DNA from: a virus
DNA length: 64,000 bases
Virus record (IMG/VR): IMGVR_UViG_3300021093_000054
Location: 9,219-73,218 of that record
Reading direction: 5' to 3' (one strand)
Positions 19,657 to 30,194 of the stretch are shown one piece after another (position 1 is the first letter of the stretch; each line of letters starts with the position of its first letter). The notes below the pieces were generated by a model. It was not told where the DNA came from and made no database searches. It was given only the letters and a program-made list of their open reading frames with translations. The position numbers and the translations under genes were made by a program.

Positions 19657-21189
19657 TTAATTAATCCTCATAACGATATATTCAGTACTATTGATTGTTA
19701 TTTCTTCATATTGACCATCGTAACCATTAAGAGTTTCACCATAGTCGGCATTATTTTTTAAATCTTCTTTGAGTTCTTCCAAATCCATAAAATCTGAAAA
19801 ATCTGTATAACCCATATCTCTTAAAAAACTTAATGCGTCTCTTTCTATATCATCCAAATAGTTTTCAACGGCTTCTCCAATATCGTCATCACTTGGGTCA
19901 CCATCTGGATTATCTTTTATTTCTTGTATTTCATATTCAATATCAGATATTCTTTCGTCTCTAGTTTCTTCTTGTTCTTCTGTGTCTTCATCGTCATAAA
20001 TTTGATGTGGTGAAACAACGGCACCATTTTTATATAAAACCCAATGACTTCTTGACGAGTCGTTACTTGTATTTTTATATTGAAACCTATTACCTTCGGA
20101 ATCTTCAAAATCAAAAACATTACCATCTTCTTTTGTAGGTAATGAAATTGGTGCTCTCACACCTTCATATTCATAAACCCATTTTTCCATTTCAAGTAAC
20201 CAAATTTCTTCTTCTTGGTCATCACTTAGTTGGTTTTCAACACCATACGAATCTGGAGAATCCCTAACCCATTCTTCAACAGCGTCTTCAAAATAATCTT
20301 TAACCTTTTCTGAATCAATGTAGTTGGATAAATAATCTTTACTGAAATAATCATTTGGCCTATCTAACATATCTTCATAATATGCCTCAACAGAATCTTC
20401 AACTTCACTCATTGTTCCAACGGCATATTCATAACCAGTTGATAATGATTCAAAAGATGTCATATCATAGTGTGTTCCATATGGGTATAAATCATAGACA
20501 TCAGTTTTATCATCTGTTAAAGTTTCAATTTCTTCTTCAATTTCATCTATTTTTTCTTGCAATTCATCATACTTTTCATCATAATCTTCTAGTTCGGTAC
20601 TAAGATTTGATTGTTCTTCTTCTAATTCTTCTAATCTATTTTTTAATTCTTGTAGTTCTTCTTTTTCGTCACTATCCAAATAATTTAGTTCATTCCTATC
20701 TGTTGCATATATAAATGCCGCGTGTGCTTTTTCGCCTTCTTCGTTAGTATCATTTAAATTCCATTCGTTTTCTTCTCTTCTAACTTCCTGTTCATCAAAT
20801 TTTGCTTTTTGTTTTCTTGCCGCAATTACTTTTTCATATGGTGTTGACCAGTATCTTTTAGATCCGAATACTTCAACATTATCTAATGATTTTATTTTTG
20901 TATGTGATATATCGATATTTCCATTGACTTTAATTGGTCCCAAATCTGTAAGATGTATTTCATTTTTGAATGGTTGAAAATCTAAGGACCCGTCAATGAC
21001 AAGTTTTTTTCCTCTAAACGCTCTTAGTTTTGGTATTAAGTTTGCTTGATAATAAACATTTTTTAATAAGACATAGTATTCTTCTGGTGAAATTACAATT
21101 TCTTGTTCACCTTGTTCACTTTGTTCTTTAATTATGTTTTTAATCAACTTAATTAGATTTGACTCTGTCAATTTCAAAACTTTTTTCAT
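19657..21189 (-). CDS. highly acidic protein with MKKVLKLTESNL leader
   Basis: D/E-rich; probable start at MKKVLKL (track start 21207). Confidence 0.65.
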   Translation of the reverse strand: MKKVLKLTESNLIKLIKNIIKEQSEQGEQEIVISPEEYYVLLKNVYYQANLIPKLRAFRGKKLVIDGSLDFQPFKNEIHLTDLGPIKVNGNIDISHTKIKSLDNVEVFGSKRYWSTPYEKVIAARKQKAKFDEQEVRREENEWNLNDTNEEGEKAHAAFIYATDRNELNYLDSDEKEELQELKNRLEELEEEQSNLSTELEDYDEKYDELQEKIDEIEEEIETLTDDKTDVYDLYPYGTHYDMTSFESLSTGYEYAVGTMSEVEDSVEAYYEDMLDRPNDYFSKDYLSNYIDSEKVKDYFEDAVEEWVRDSPDSYGVENQLSDDQEEEIWLLEMEKWVYEYEGVRAPISLPTKEDGNVFDFEDSEGNRFQYKNTSNDSSRSHWVLYKNGAVVSPHQIYDDEDTEEQEETRDERISDIEYEIQEIKDNPDGDPSDDDIGEAVENYLDDIERDALSFLRDMGYTDFSDFMDLEELKEDLKNNADYGETLNGYDGQYEEITINSTEYIVMRIN

Positions 21190-21272
21190 ACAACAATAAA
21201 TACCCAAAACTTTACAAATATGAATGTTTGAAGATATTTATATAGAAATAAACCTAATAAAAACAAATTATT

Positions 21273-21422
21273 ATGGGATGTGGTTGTAAGAACAAAGGAA
21301 ACCAAGCGGCAGCACCTCAACAAGCAACAAGAACTGAACCGGCACCAAAACCAGCTGTTCAGAATCAAACTGTACAAGAGTCTGTTAAAAAAGTAATCGA
21401 AAAGTATTACAATAAAAAATAA
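21273..21422 (+). CDS. 49-aa MGCGCK small protein (not in ORF track)
   Basis: MGCGCKNKGNQAAAPQQ...KYYNKK; TATTTAT motif upstream and terminator downstream. Confidence 0.65.
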   Translation: MGCGCKNKGNQAAAPQQATRTEPAPKPAVQNQTVQESVKKVIEKYYNKK

Positions 21423-21448
21423 TTTCCTTTGGCCAAAGAAAAATTAAG

Positions 21449-21474
21449 GGTGGAAAATTTTTCCACCTTTTTTT
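21449..21474 (+). terminator. intrinsic terminator
   Basis: GGTGGAAAA/TTTTCCACC followed by T-run. Confidence 0.7.
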
Positions 21475-21487
21475 GTATTTATAAGAT

Positions 21488-22612
21488 ATGGCAAAATTAG
21501 ATCAATTTCTTGAGTGGTTCCACGATGGTAGAGAATATTATTACAATAATTTATTAAACACATTTCAAACGACTCGTAAATTTCTCCAAACCGTAATTAA
21601 ATATGGTGAACAAGACAATATTGATATTTCATATATTCCATCTAGTGAATTTGAAGAAGATGAAGGATTATTTGACTTTTTAGCTGAAAATGGTTTTTTA
21701 GATGATATAAAATATGGAGATTTAGAAGACCATTTAAGAAATTATTATCTTCTTTGGTTGATGAATAAAGATGAAATCGGATGTTTGAAATTTATATGTG
21801 ATAATATCCTTACAGATGTTGAACCAAGAGATGATGGGTACTGGTTAAGGTTAAGGGATAGAGAAGAACTTGCTGATTTTTTTAGAAGTAGTAGTAGAAG
21901 AAGTGACTATGATTTACAAGATATTGCAAAACAAGTATTAGGTGATGGTCTTGATTATGATAGATATTGGAATACAACTGATGATGTTTATAGAGATGTT
22001 ATTGAAGAACTGGATGAAAAAAATATTCGAACTCTTGCAAATTACATTTTAGGAAGTATTGGAAATATCGATTTAAATACTGATGATTATAATTCAGATT
22101 TTTTTGAAGAATTGGCTCAAATACAAGCTCGTGATGGTGTATTTCAAATTACCCAGGATAATGTAATGTCTTTAATTAAAGATGATGACGCTATGAATGA
22201 ATTAATGAATGGTAAGGATTTATCTGATTTGAAAAGTGATTTATATTCAATACATAGTAATGCTTATAACAGTACTTATGAAAATACGATATATAGTCAA
22301 GTTATGGAAGGGCTTAAAGAATATTTTTCATCCCCAATTGATGTAGTTGCAACAAAAGTTGGTGAAAAAACAAAATATATTTCATACATTAAAATTCGTG
22401 ATTTCTACGGTAATGTTATGAAATTTATTGAAGGAAATCTTGGTGGTGGTTGGAATGAAAGTGTTTTAGAATACTTTGGTTCATATACAGGAATGATGAA
22501 TCAACTATTCAGAGAAGATGTTTATGAACCAATTGATTTTAGAATCGATGACTATCCAGATTATAGAGAAGTTGACAAAGCAATAAATGATTACTTCAGT
22601 GACTACATTTAA
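21488..22612 (+). CDS. acidic hypothetical protein
   Basis: 374-aa ORF, TATTTATA upstream. Confidence 0.65.
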   Translation: MAKLDQFLEWFHDGREYYYNNLLNTFQTTRKFLQTVIKYGEQDNIDISYIPSSEFEEDEGLFDFLAENGFLDDIKYGDLEDHLRNYYLLWLMNKDEIGCLKFICDNILTDVEPRDDGYWLRLRDREELADFFRSSSRRSDYDLQDIAKQVLGDGLDYDRYWNTTDDVYRDVIEELDEKNIRTLANYILGSIGNIDLNTDDYNSDFFEELAQIQARDGVFQITQDNVMSLIKDDDAMNELMNGKDLSDLKSDLYSIHSNAYNSTYENTIYSQVMEGLKEYFSSPIDVVATKVGEKTKYISYIKIRDFYGNVMKFIEGNLGGGWNESVLEYFGSYTGMMNQLFREDVYEPIDFRIDDYPDYREVDKAINDYFSDYI

Positions 22613-22664
22613 CAACTATTTATAAATTAAATTAAAACTTGTATCCATTATAAAAAAATGGAAT

Positions 22665-23360
22665 ATGAGAAAAATTAACAAAAATTCAAGAAGAGGTATT
22701 GTAAACCTATTTGCCGATTTTATTCTTACAAGAATAGATAAAAAAGAAAATTCAATTATCCAGGTAACAGATTGTGAATCATTTATGGTTATCCACGGAC
22801 AAACAACATCAAAAGACGTATTGGATTTAGATAAAATTAAAACAGACTTTTTTGAGTGGTTTAAAGATATTTTAGATGTGGTTGGAATAAAACAGATTAA
22901 TACTTTAGATATTATCCGTTACGACCAGGAAATCAACAACATTGAAAAGGGTTGGATTAATGTAAATAAAGAAGTGTTCGTTGAAGAAGATGAACCTATT
23001 CACGAACTTAATGTATCTTCTGAATTTCCATACGGTTACAGTTTAAATTGTGGTAGACTTATGACTTATTATTCACACTATGTTTTTAATCATATGTATA
23101 GTCTTATGGGTGTTGACAGTTTGAAATTTTATTTCACAAAAGAAGAAGATGAAAATGAAGATTTAAAAATTAAAATTATATCTGATTCTAAATATAACAA
23201 AGACATTATCAAATCTTTAGTACTTGACGTATTTTCTTTTGATTTAGAAGACTTTAAAGAATATGTTAAGGATTATGACCTTTTACAAGACATCTTATTT
23301 CCTGGTAAAGATAAACCATATACAAAACAAGATAAGTTAGAACACATAATAGTATTCTAA
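22665..23360 (+). CDS. hypothetical protein (weak MetK N-terminal resemblance)
   Basis: FADFIL...VIHGQTTS; lacks GHPDK. Confidence 0.45.
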   Translation: MRKINKNSRRGIVNLFADFILTRIDKKENSIIQVTDCESFMVIHGQTTSKDVLDLDKIKTDFFEWFKDILDVVGIKQINTLDIIRYDQEINNIEKGWINVNKEVFVEEDEPIHELNVSSEFPYGYSLNCGRLMTYYSHYVFNHMYSLMGVDSLKFYFTKEEDENEDLKIKIISDSKYNKDIIKSLVLDVFSFDLEDFKEYVKDYDLLQDILFPGKDKPYTKQDKLEHIIVF

Positions 23361-23392
23361 AAAGAAACCCCACCTTTTGAGTGGGGTTTTTT
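23361..23392. terminator. bidirectional terminator between convergent genes
   Basis: AAACCCCAC/GTGGGGTTT with A and T flanks. Confidence 0.75.
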
Positions 23393-23394
23393 AT

Positions 23395-23679
23395 TTAATC
23401 AATTAAAAATCCTTTTATTATTTCAAAACCTTCATTGATATCGTCAAAGTCTCTATCTGGTGCAAAAAGTTCTGTATTTGGGTTATCTTCTGGAGATTCA
23501 ATCAACATAAAAGCCGGAACATATTCATTACCTGTTACTTCAACAAATAAATCGTATTCCGCTTCGTGTTCGTGAATATCTCGATCAACATATGGAATAT
23601 TTTCTTTATCCAACATTTCTTTTAGGTCCACACAGAAAGGACAACCTTTCATTGTGAATAACACTGCTAACTTATCCAT
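23395..23679 (-). CDS. glutaredoxin-like protein
   Basis: CPFC, YVP. Confidence 0.85.
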   Translation of the reverse strand: MDKLAVLFTMKGCPFCVDLKEMLDKENIPYVDRDIHEHEAEYDLFVEVTGNEYVPAFMLIESPEDNPNTELFAPDRDFDDINEGFEIIKGFLID

Positions 23680-23989
23680 TAATTAATTCTGTTACTAATC
23701 CGTTTATTTGTCCTTCACTTAACATACCAACTCTCGTTTCAATAACTTGTCCTGCATTAAATATTTTTACAGTTGGGATGCTTCTAACACCAAGGGCTGC
23801 ACTTACTTCTTGATTTAAATCGACATTCATTGTGTACATTTTAACATCTGAAGTATTTTGATTTGCTACTTTTTCAAAAGCTGGTTTCATCATACGACAA
23901 GGTCCACACCATTCTGCCCAGAATTCAACAATAACTTTCTTTCCGGCATTAATTTCATTTTGTAAGTCAACACTACTAATTTCCATCAC
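23672..23989 (-). CDS. trxA: thioredoxin
   Basis: WAEWCGPC, GVRSIPT. Confidence 0.92.
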   Translation of the reverse strand: MMEISSVDLQNEINAGKKVIVEFWAEWCGPCRMMKPAFEKVANQNTSDVKMYTMNVDLNQEVSAALGVRSIPTVKIFNAGQVIETRVGMLSEGQINGLVTELING

Positions 23990-24329
23990 TTTCTTTTAAT
24001 TTTAATAAATTTTTTATGAAGAACTTTGTTTCTTCTATTTTATCTGGTTCAAAATAAACCTTTATTTGGTAGAATGTTTCCATCCCATCCTTTCTTGATA
24101 AATATACAAAAATTCCGGATTTGTTTTTTAAGATTGCATCAGTATATGTTAATCCATCTTCATACATATTAATATCACAATATTCTAATGTAAATTTTTT
24201 TTCAATAAGAAGTTCTGGTGATATTTTAACTTTGGCAAACACTCGGCTCTTTGAATAAAGTTTTCCTTCTTTTTCGTACAATAATTTAAGGAACTCATCT
24301 TCCTTTTCAAAAAACTTTTTAGATTCCAT
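23976..24329 (-). CDS. hypothetical protein
   Basis: ORF. Confidence 0.55.
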   Translation of the reverse strand: MESKKFFEKEDEFLKLLYEKEGKLYSKSRVFAKVKISPELLIEKKFTLEYCDINMYEDGLTYTDAILKNKSGIFVYLSRKDGMETFYQIKVYFEPDKIEETKFFIKNLLKLKESDGN

Positions 24330-24346
24330 ATTTCAATATTAAAATG

Positions 24347-24368
24347 AAGTGGTGAAAAGTCACCACTT
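24347..24368 (-). terminator. hairpin / probable terminator
   Basis: AAGTGGTGA/TCACCACTT stem. Confidence 0.5.
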
Positions 24369-24373
24369 TATTA

Positions 24374-25129
24374 TTAAATCATTGTTTCAGCCAATTCCCA
24401 AAGTTTAGTATTAATATTGTTTTGTGATATAATATTTTCAATACTTTTCATTTTTGTTATTTTACCACGATTGTTTGTTACTTTAACACCACCACGAATA
24501 AGTTTTTCTTGTATTACATTAAAAACTTTCCACATATCATCACCTTCATCATCTTTTCTATTTGGTGTTAACAATCCAAGTATTTCTAAATCGGTCAATG
24601 TTTTTTCACTATTGAATCTGATTTTAGCCGATTCTCGAACAAAATCAATTTTTTCATCAGTTGTTAATTCACGACGCATCATACGACCAACCGATTGTTC
24701 AATCATTGGTAATTTTTTAGAAAATGAATCGGCCAATTGTTTAACATCGTCAAGTTGGAACTGATTATGTCTCATTGTAAATTTTTCAGCGACTGCTGTA
24801 GGTACTGTTAAACCATTAGAACATACCAATCTAAAAAGACCTGAACCCATGGAAAACGCGGCAGTTCCATTATGTGAATTCCTAACAATTGCCTCAACTA
24901 AAGTGTCACCAATTTTTGGTAATTCACCATTACGGAATTTGATTTCGTGAAGACTATGAATACCCTTACCTGTTTGTTTTACTGATGATACCTGCCAACC
25001 TTCACGGTCAAAAAATTCAATAACTTCTTCTGTTGGTACAAAAGTATATTTGCCAGTCATTTTTGGTGATGGTGAAGTTGCAAATACTGATGGTGCTGTA
25101 GATTTAATTAATTCTGGGGTGTATAACAT
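24374..25129 (-). CDS. DUF932/DUF945-like phage/plasmid protein
   Basis: APSVFA...YTFVPT...NSHNG...GLFRLVCSNGL...VFNVIQE. Confidence 0.8.
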   Translation of the reverse strand: MLYTPELIKSTAPSVFATSPSPKMTGKYTFVPTEEVIEFFDREGWQVSSVKQTGKGIHSLHEIKFRNGELPKIGDTLVEAIVRNSHNGTAAFSMGSGLFRLVCSNGLTVPTAVAEKFTMRHNQFQLDDVKQLADSFSKKLPMIEQSVGRMMRRELTTDEKIDFVRESAKIRFNSEKTLTDLEILGLLTPNRKDDEGDDMWKVFNVIQEKLIRGGVKVTNNRGKITKMKSIENIISQNNINTKLWELAETMI

Positions 25130-25197
25130 ATTTTAGATTTTTTTGATTACACTACAAAATTAGTAATTTTTTTTTAATTACAAAATTTTATATCAAA

Positions 25198-25488
25198 TTA
25201 ATTTAAAATAATATCACCAAAGCTTGTTTTTTGAATTACTTTATCAAGATATTTTTCTTTTTGTTTTGTAATTTCTGGAATTTTTAGTTCAACAACAATA
25301 CTAACAATCTGATTCCTTGAAAGTACAATGTCTTTTCCTTCTTCAAGATTCTTTTCGCACCTTTCTCTTAATTTTTTGTAGAAATCGTCTTTTTGTAAAT
25401 CACCAATTAATGTAATTAAATCATTTGGGTTATTTTCAAAGAAATTGACTAACTGAGTTATATAAATTTCTAAATCAACATTTTTCAT
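25198..25488 (-). CDS. hypothetical protein
   Basis: ORF. Confidence 0.55.
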   Translation of the reverse strand: MKNVDLEIYITQLVNFFENNPNDLITLIGDLQKDDFYKKLRERCEKNLEEGKDIVLSRNQIVSIVVELKIPEITKQKEKYLDKVIQKTSFGDIILN

Positions 25489-25520
25489 AAAAAATTTTTA
25501 GAATTAAGTTTTTACTAATA

Positions 25521-27491
25521 TCATCCTAATTCTGAACACATGTCAAAATATTCGTCAGGTCTATTTGTGTCCCAAAGTGTTGCGCCAGGTTCAATACTAA
25601 AATAATTTTTTAGTCCGGCTGGTAGATTTTCTTCTTTAAGATTGTCTGAACCAAGAATTGATATAAAGTCTAAACAATAGATATCTGCAATCGATTCTGG
25701 TAAAGTTTTTAAATTTTTATTGTTTGTTAAGTTAAGGAACGACAATCTTTTTAAATTTCCAATTTCTTCTGGTAATTCACTAATAATATTTTCAAATACC
25801 AAAGTTCTAACATTTGTAAATTTAGAAATACTTGATGGTATTTTTATTACAATAGTGTCATCTTTACTTTTATTTTCTATTTGTAAGAATCTTGTATCTT
25901 CCGGAATCAAATCAAATAATTCTTCAAGACCAAACATTCTGGCGTATTTAGCATTTGCGTCAGTTGGGTATGCAATACCAACAAAATTTGTTTTAAAGTC
26001 AGTTGTAAGTTCGTTTCTATATTTTTGTTTAAGACTTTTTAAGTACGGTCTCATTTCTTTACTTAACACAACTTCGATATCATTTTCTGAAAGGTCTTTC
26101 AAAGATTTTTGTAATAGTTTTTCTTTCTTCTTTGAAACATAATATGACATTCCACTTGGTGATAAACTTCTTACCATTGCGGCGCTTAATTCATTTCCAA
26201 GACCAATATATTTCTTTTGTAGTTCTTCTGGTAAATTACCAAATATATCTGCACCTTTTTGACCCATACCATTAAAGTCAGGACCTCTAAGTTCCATCCA
26301 TAATTCAATTTCTTGTTCACTTCCAAGTTCTGCTAGAGGGTCTGTTGTTGAAAGGTTGTAGTGTTTATATCTATTTAACTTTTCCTGGTCTTCTTGTGTA
26401 TATGGTTTTGCTTCCAAATATTGTTTTTTACCATCTAATACCGGAACTTTTTTAGTAATTTCAGACCAAGGAATTACAGTAGATCCAGCATATCTTCCAG
26501 AGTTAGAACCATCAGCAAGTCTCATTTCCCCATATCTATCAACCAAAATTACAGTTGCGTAATTCAAATCAGAAGAAGGTAAATTTTTATTAATGATATA
26601 ATAAAGTGTTAGGTTTTGATTCAATCTATAATTGTAATAATAGTTTCCTGAACCTTCCCAAGATGTACACCATCTTCTATCTGGTGCATGTTTTTTTCTA
26701 ATGTTAATACACTTATGTTTTTGATCTGGTGCAAATATTAACACATCATCATCTTCATAAGGAATATTAACATCACTTAAATCAATTTCTGGAACCGAAT
26801 ATTCACTTTCTTCCATTGGTGTATAACCATCAACAATATGTTCAAATTCTTCAAAATTCATAAACTTACTCAACTTTGAATTAATTGGTAGAAGTTCAAA
26901 GTGTCTAACAAATCTTTTCGCTCTTGGTAAGAAAGTTGTCATTGCATCTTCATCCGGATTTTCTTCGTGGAATTTTTGTGTAATTGCAGCAACAAGTTCG
27001 TTTATTCCTTGGTTATTAAATTTCGAAAAGTATTTAGCAACTAATTCATTAAGTTCGGTAGGATTAAATGACAATACATCTCTTTTAAATTCTTTAAGTT
27101 TTGGGAAATGTGTTTTAACTTCGAAAAACTTTTTGATATTAAGTTTTGTTAATTGTAAATCAACTTGTACTGTTCCTCTCCATTTATTGATATAATCTTG
27201 AACCATACCTTCAAGGTCTTTTTTACTTTTTTGTTTTGTAGATTTGTCAGTAATTAATTTTTTAACCTTATCATAGTCGTGTTTAAAAATGTCTCTATCT
27301 TCATTATCAAATGCTGCCTTAAATCTTTCAAAATCGGCAATTGTTTTTCTGATATCTTCTTCAGTATCTTCTGTCTGTTTAGAAAACTTATCCACAAGTT
27401 TTTTAACTGTTGATTCTGGGTATTCTAAAAGTATTTTTTTTGTTTGTAAATTTTCTTTTACAACTTTAGATAGAAGTCCAAGTAATTCCAT
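25521..27491 (-). CDS. WC-motif phage protein with C-terminal leucine-rich repeats
   Basis: RRWCTS region; IPSSISKFTNVRTL / LPEEIGNLKRLSFLNL / LPESIADIYCLDFI. Confidence 0.7.
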   Translation of the reverse strand: MELLGLLSKVVKENLQTKKILLEYPESTVKKLVDKFSKQTEDTEEDIRKTIADFERFKAAFDNEDRDIFKHDYDKVKKLITDKSTKQKSKKDLEGMVQDYINKWRGTVQVDLQLTKLNIKKFFEVKTHFPKLKEFKRDVLSFNPTELNELVAKYFSKFNNQGINELVAAITQKFHEENPDEDAMTTFLPRAKRFVRHFELLPINSKLSKFMNFEEFEHIVDGYTPMEESEYSVPEIDLSDVNIPYEDDDVLIFAPDQKHKCINIRKKHAPDRRWCTSWEGSGNYYYNYRLNQNLTLYYIINKNLPSSDLNYATVILVDRYGEMRLADGSNSGRYAGSTVIPWSEITKKVPVLDGKKQYLEAKPYTQEDQEKLNRYKHYNLSTTDPLAELGSEQEIELWMELRGPDFNGMGQKGADIFGNLPEELQKKYIGLGNELSAAMVRSLSPSGMSYYVSKKKEKLLQKSLKDLSENDIEVVLSKEMRPYLKSLKQKYRNELTTDFKTNFVGIAYPTDANAKYARMFGLEELFDLIPEDTRFLQIENKSKDDTIVIKIPSSISKFTNVRTLVFENIISELPEEIGNLKRLSFLNLTNNKNLKTLPESIADIYCLDFISILGSDNLKEENLPAGLKNYFSIEPGATLWDTNRPDEYFDMCSELG

Positions 27492-27585
27492 AAATTATTT
27501 TATTTATAAATATTATAAAACATTAAAAAATTAAGTATTTATTGTTTATATGTCAAATCACATCAATTATTATTTAAAATAAAAA

Positions 27586-27747
27586 ATGGAAAATAAAGAA
27601 TCAACAAAAGTAGGTTGTCAAGCCTGTAAAACAAATAAAGGTGTTATAAGAACACAAAGATTAGTTTTTACTTTAGGAACTATAATATCAGTATTGGCTG
27701 TTTATGGTGGTATAAGATTGATTCAAGATATTTCTTCTTTATTTTAA
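27586..27747 (+). CDS. 53-aa membrane protein with CxxC (not in ORF track)
   Basis: MENKESTKVGCQACK...one hydrophobic segment. Confidence 0.5.
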   Translation: MENKESTKVGCQACKTNKGVIRTQRLVFTLGTIISVLAVYGGIRLIQDISSLF

Positions 27748-28670
27748 TCCCTATGATATTTGACAAATTGGTTAATTAATAAATCACCAATAGTTTCTAA
27801 TTTAAAACCTTTTGATTTAACTCTGAGTGGTTTTGAAGTATCAAATGTCTTTGGAAATTTTATTGTTAAGGGTCCGTCTGGATGTGGGATTTCAAAAGAT
27901 TGTCCTTTTAAATCTTCTAAATCAAAATAAATATCATAAACAAGGTTGTTACCATACTTTTGGAAATTATTTTCTTTTTCCAATTGTATTCTAACAATCA
28001 AATCACCAAAAATACCATTTCTAAAATCACCCATTGATTGTAATCTCAAAAATTGTCCGTCATCAATGCCGTGTGGTATTTTCACTTCAACATTTTTCAT
28101 TTCGTCTTTGGTACCACTTCCAGAACAAACAAAACAAGGGTTTACCAAAACGTGTCCAGAACCACCACAACCATTACATTGCATTGAAACCATCTGAATA
28201 AACATTCCATTACCCATCTGTTTTAATATTTGTCCAGATCCATTACAAGTCGCACAAACCCTTTTATCACCACCACTTCCACTACAAGTATCACAACTTG
28301 TTTTTCTTTTGAATGTTATATTTTTCTTCTGACCTAAATATGATTCAAGTGTACCAATATTGACAGTTATATTTGTTGTGTGTGTTCTTTTTTCTTGTCT
28401 TTGATTGAACATAGAATTGAACATTTCCTGGAAAGTGGTTCCAAATCCACCATTCATTCCTGCAAAAGGATTTTTTCTTTCAATATCATACCGTTGTCTT
28501 TTTTTTTCATCACCAACAATATCGTATGCAACTGAAATTTGTTTGAATAGTTCTTCGTCGCCACCTTTATCCGGATGGTTTTCTTTAACTAACTTTCTAT
28601 ATGCTTTTTTTATTTCATCTTGTGCTGCAGTTTCTTCAACACCTAATATCGAATAATAATCAGTATTCAT
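27744..28670 (-). CDS. dnaJ: DnaJ chaperone
   Basis: J domain HPD, four CxxCxGxG repeats, C-terminal domain. Confidence 0.92.
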   Translation of the reverse strand: MNTDYYSILGVEETAAQDEIKKAYRKLVKENHPDKGGDEELFKQISVAYDIVGDEKKRQRYDIERKNPFAGMNGGFGTTFQEMFNSMFNQRQEKRTHTTNITVNIGTLESYLGQKKNITFKRKTSCDTCSGSGGDKRVCATCNGSGQILKQMGNGMFIQMVSMQCNGCGGSGHVLVNPCFVCSGSGTKDEMKNVEVKIPHGIDDGQFLRLQSMGDFRNGIFGDLIVRIQLEKENNFQKYGNNLVYDIYFDLEDLKGQSFEIPHPDGPLTIKFPKTFDTSKPLRVKSKGFKLETIGDLLINQFVKYHRD

Positions 28671-28716
28671 TTATTGTTTCTTTTTGATATTTTTATATAA
28701 AGATAAAAAAAATTTT

Positions 28717-29355
28717 ATGAAATATCTAATAGTTCTATTCAAAAATAAAGAAAGGAAAAAAATAATCAAGAAGTTTAAAACCTATGAAAGGGCTAAAAAA
28801 TTTTTAGATAATAGAATTTCTAACAATAATATTGTTTTTGATAAACAGATTGAAAATGGTAAGACTTGTAGTTTTGAAATTGGTCTATTGGAAAAAAATT
28901 CAAGTAATTTTGATTTATATTTTGTAAAAGATGAATTAGGTAGACAAGTCAAAGTAGATTTAGATGATTCTGAATATAAAATTTTACAGATACAAAAATA
29001 TCAAATAGAAGAATTAATTTTTGATATTTCAAAAAATAAAAAATTAACAATAGATGAATTCATTTCTAATTATTTAAAACGCGGTTCAATTAAATTAATA
29101 TCAAAACTAAATAATAAAATTGTTGTCCAGGATGACGATAATTTTAATTTATTTTCACTTAAGAGTGAAGAAGATTGTTATCGATTTACCCAAGTATTGC
29201 AAACGTATATGTTAGAAAAGAAAAGAGGTGATTGTATTATTGTTTTAGATTCATCTTTACCTCAAAAAAAATACCTTTATTCTCTTTTAGAGTCCAAAGG
29301 TATTTCAAAATCAATTCTATATAAAAAATCAACTACTTTTTTTACTGGTGAATAG
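28717..29355 (+). CDS. hypothetical protein
   Basis: ORF; probable start at MKYLIV (track start 28684). Confidence 0.6.
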   Translation: MKYLIVLFKNKERKKIIKKFKTYERAKKFLDNRISNNNIVFDKQIENGKTCSFEIGLLEKNSSNFDLYFVKDELGRQVKVDLDDSEYKILQIQKYQIEELIFDISKNKKLTIDEFISNYLKRGSIKLISKLNNKIVVQDDDNFNLFSLKSEEDCYRFTQVLQTYMLEKKRGDCIIVLDSSLPQKKYLYSLLESKGISKSILYKKSTTFFTGE

Positions 29356-29649
29356 TTTTCTTAGTTTAGAAAAAAAAGTTTCTTTTATGATTTCTTCTTC
29401 AATCATTATAGGTTCTTCTTTGTATGAATTTTCCAATATGAAGACAATTTCGGTACCAGATATATCTATTTTAATCTGAGTATCATCAATTTTTAAATTT
29501 CTAAAATTTGATTTAACAAAATTAAAATCGATTTGGTTTAATTCATATATCAATACAGACTTACTTCTTGGGAATAACCCTTGAATACCATCAACAATTA
29601 AAGCCAACTTTCCTAATGAATCTTCAAAACTGTTTTGATTCTCTGCCAT
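29329..29649 (-). CDS. hypothetical protein
   Basis: ORF. Confidence 0.55.
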   Translation of the reverse strand: MAENQNSFEDSLGKLALIVDGIQGLFPRSKSVLIYELNQIDFNFVKSNFRNLKIDDTQIKIDISGTEIVFILENSYKEEPIMIEEEIIKETFFSKLRKLFTSKKSS

Positions 29650-29804
29650 AGTGAAATTTTTTCTTTTTTAATTGGTGTTATTTCTTCTTTCTTTAATTTT
29701 TTAATCTGTTGAATGAAGTTTAATTTTTCTTTTTCTAAACTTTCCTGATCTTTTTTAATTTCATTCATTAACCACTCCATCTGGTTTTCCTGTTTGGTCT
29801 TCAT
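29613..29804 (-). CDS. small coiled-coil protein
   Basis: ORF overlapping neighbours. Confidence 0.5.
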   Translation of the reverse strand: MKTKQENQMEWLMNEIKKDQESLEKEKLNFIQQIKKLKKEEITPIKKEKISLWQRIKTVLKIH

Positions 29805-30189
29805 CTTCTAACCGTAAATTAAATTCTTTTATATCAAATTTTAAAGTTTGTAATTTGTCTAAGTTTTGTTTTTCAAAAATTTTCTTCAATTCTTCTACTT
29901 TGTTGATAAATAAAACTTCTTTTTCTTCTAATTCTTTATTATAGTCAATAATAGATTTTATATTATTAATTGTTAGTGAAACTTCTTTTTCATGGAAATC
30001 ACTAACAAATGAAATTAGTCTCATATTTGGTTGTGGATTGTCTTGTTCAACAACCTTGCCTTCAACAGTAAACTTTTTTGGTATTTTCCAATTTTGTGAA
30101 ATTTCAACATCAATTGATAAATAACCTTTGAGTTTTCTAATTGATTTCATATAAGGAAATATTTTTTCTAATTCTTTAAAAAATGTCAT
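29761..30189 (-). CDS. hypothetical protein
   Basis: ORF. Confidence 0.6.
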   Translation of the reverse strand: MTFFKELEKIFPYMKSIRKLKGYLSIDVEISQNWKIPKKFTVEGKVVEQDNPQPNMRLISFVSDFHEKEVSLTINNIKSIIDYNKELEEKEVLFINKVEELKKIFEKQNLDKLQTLKFDIKEFNLRLEDEDQTGKPDGVVNE

Positions 30190-30194
30190 AATTT

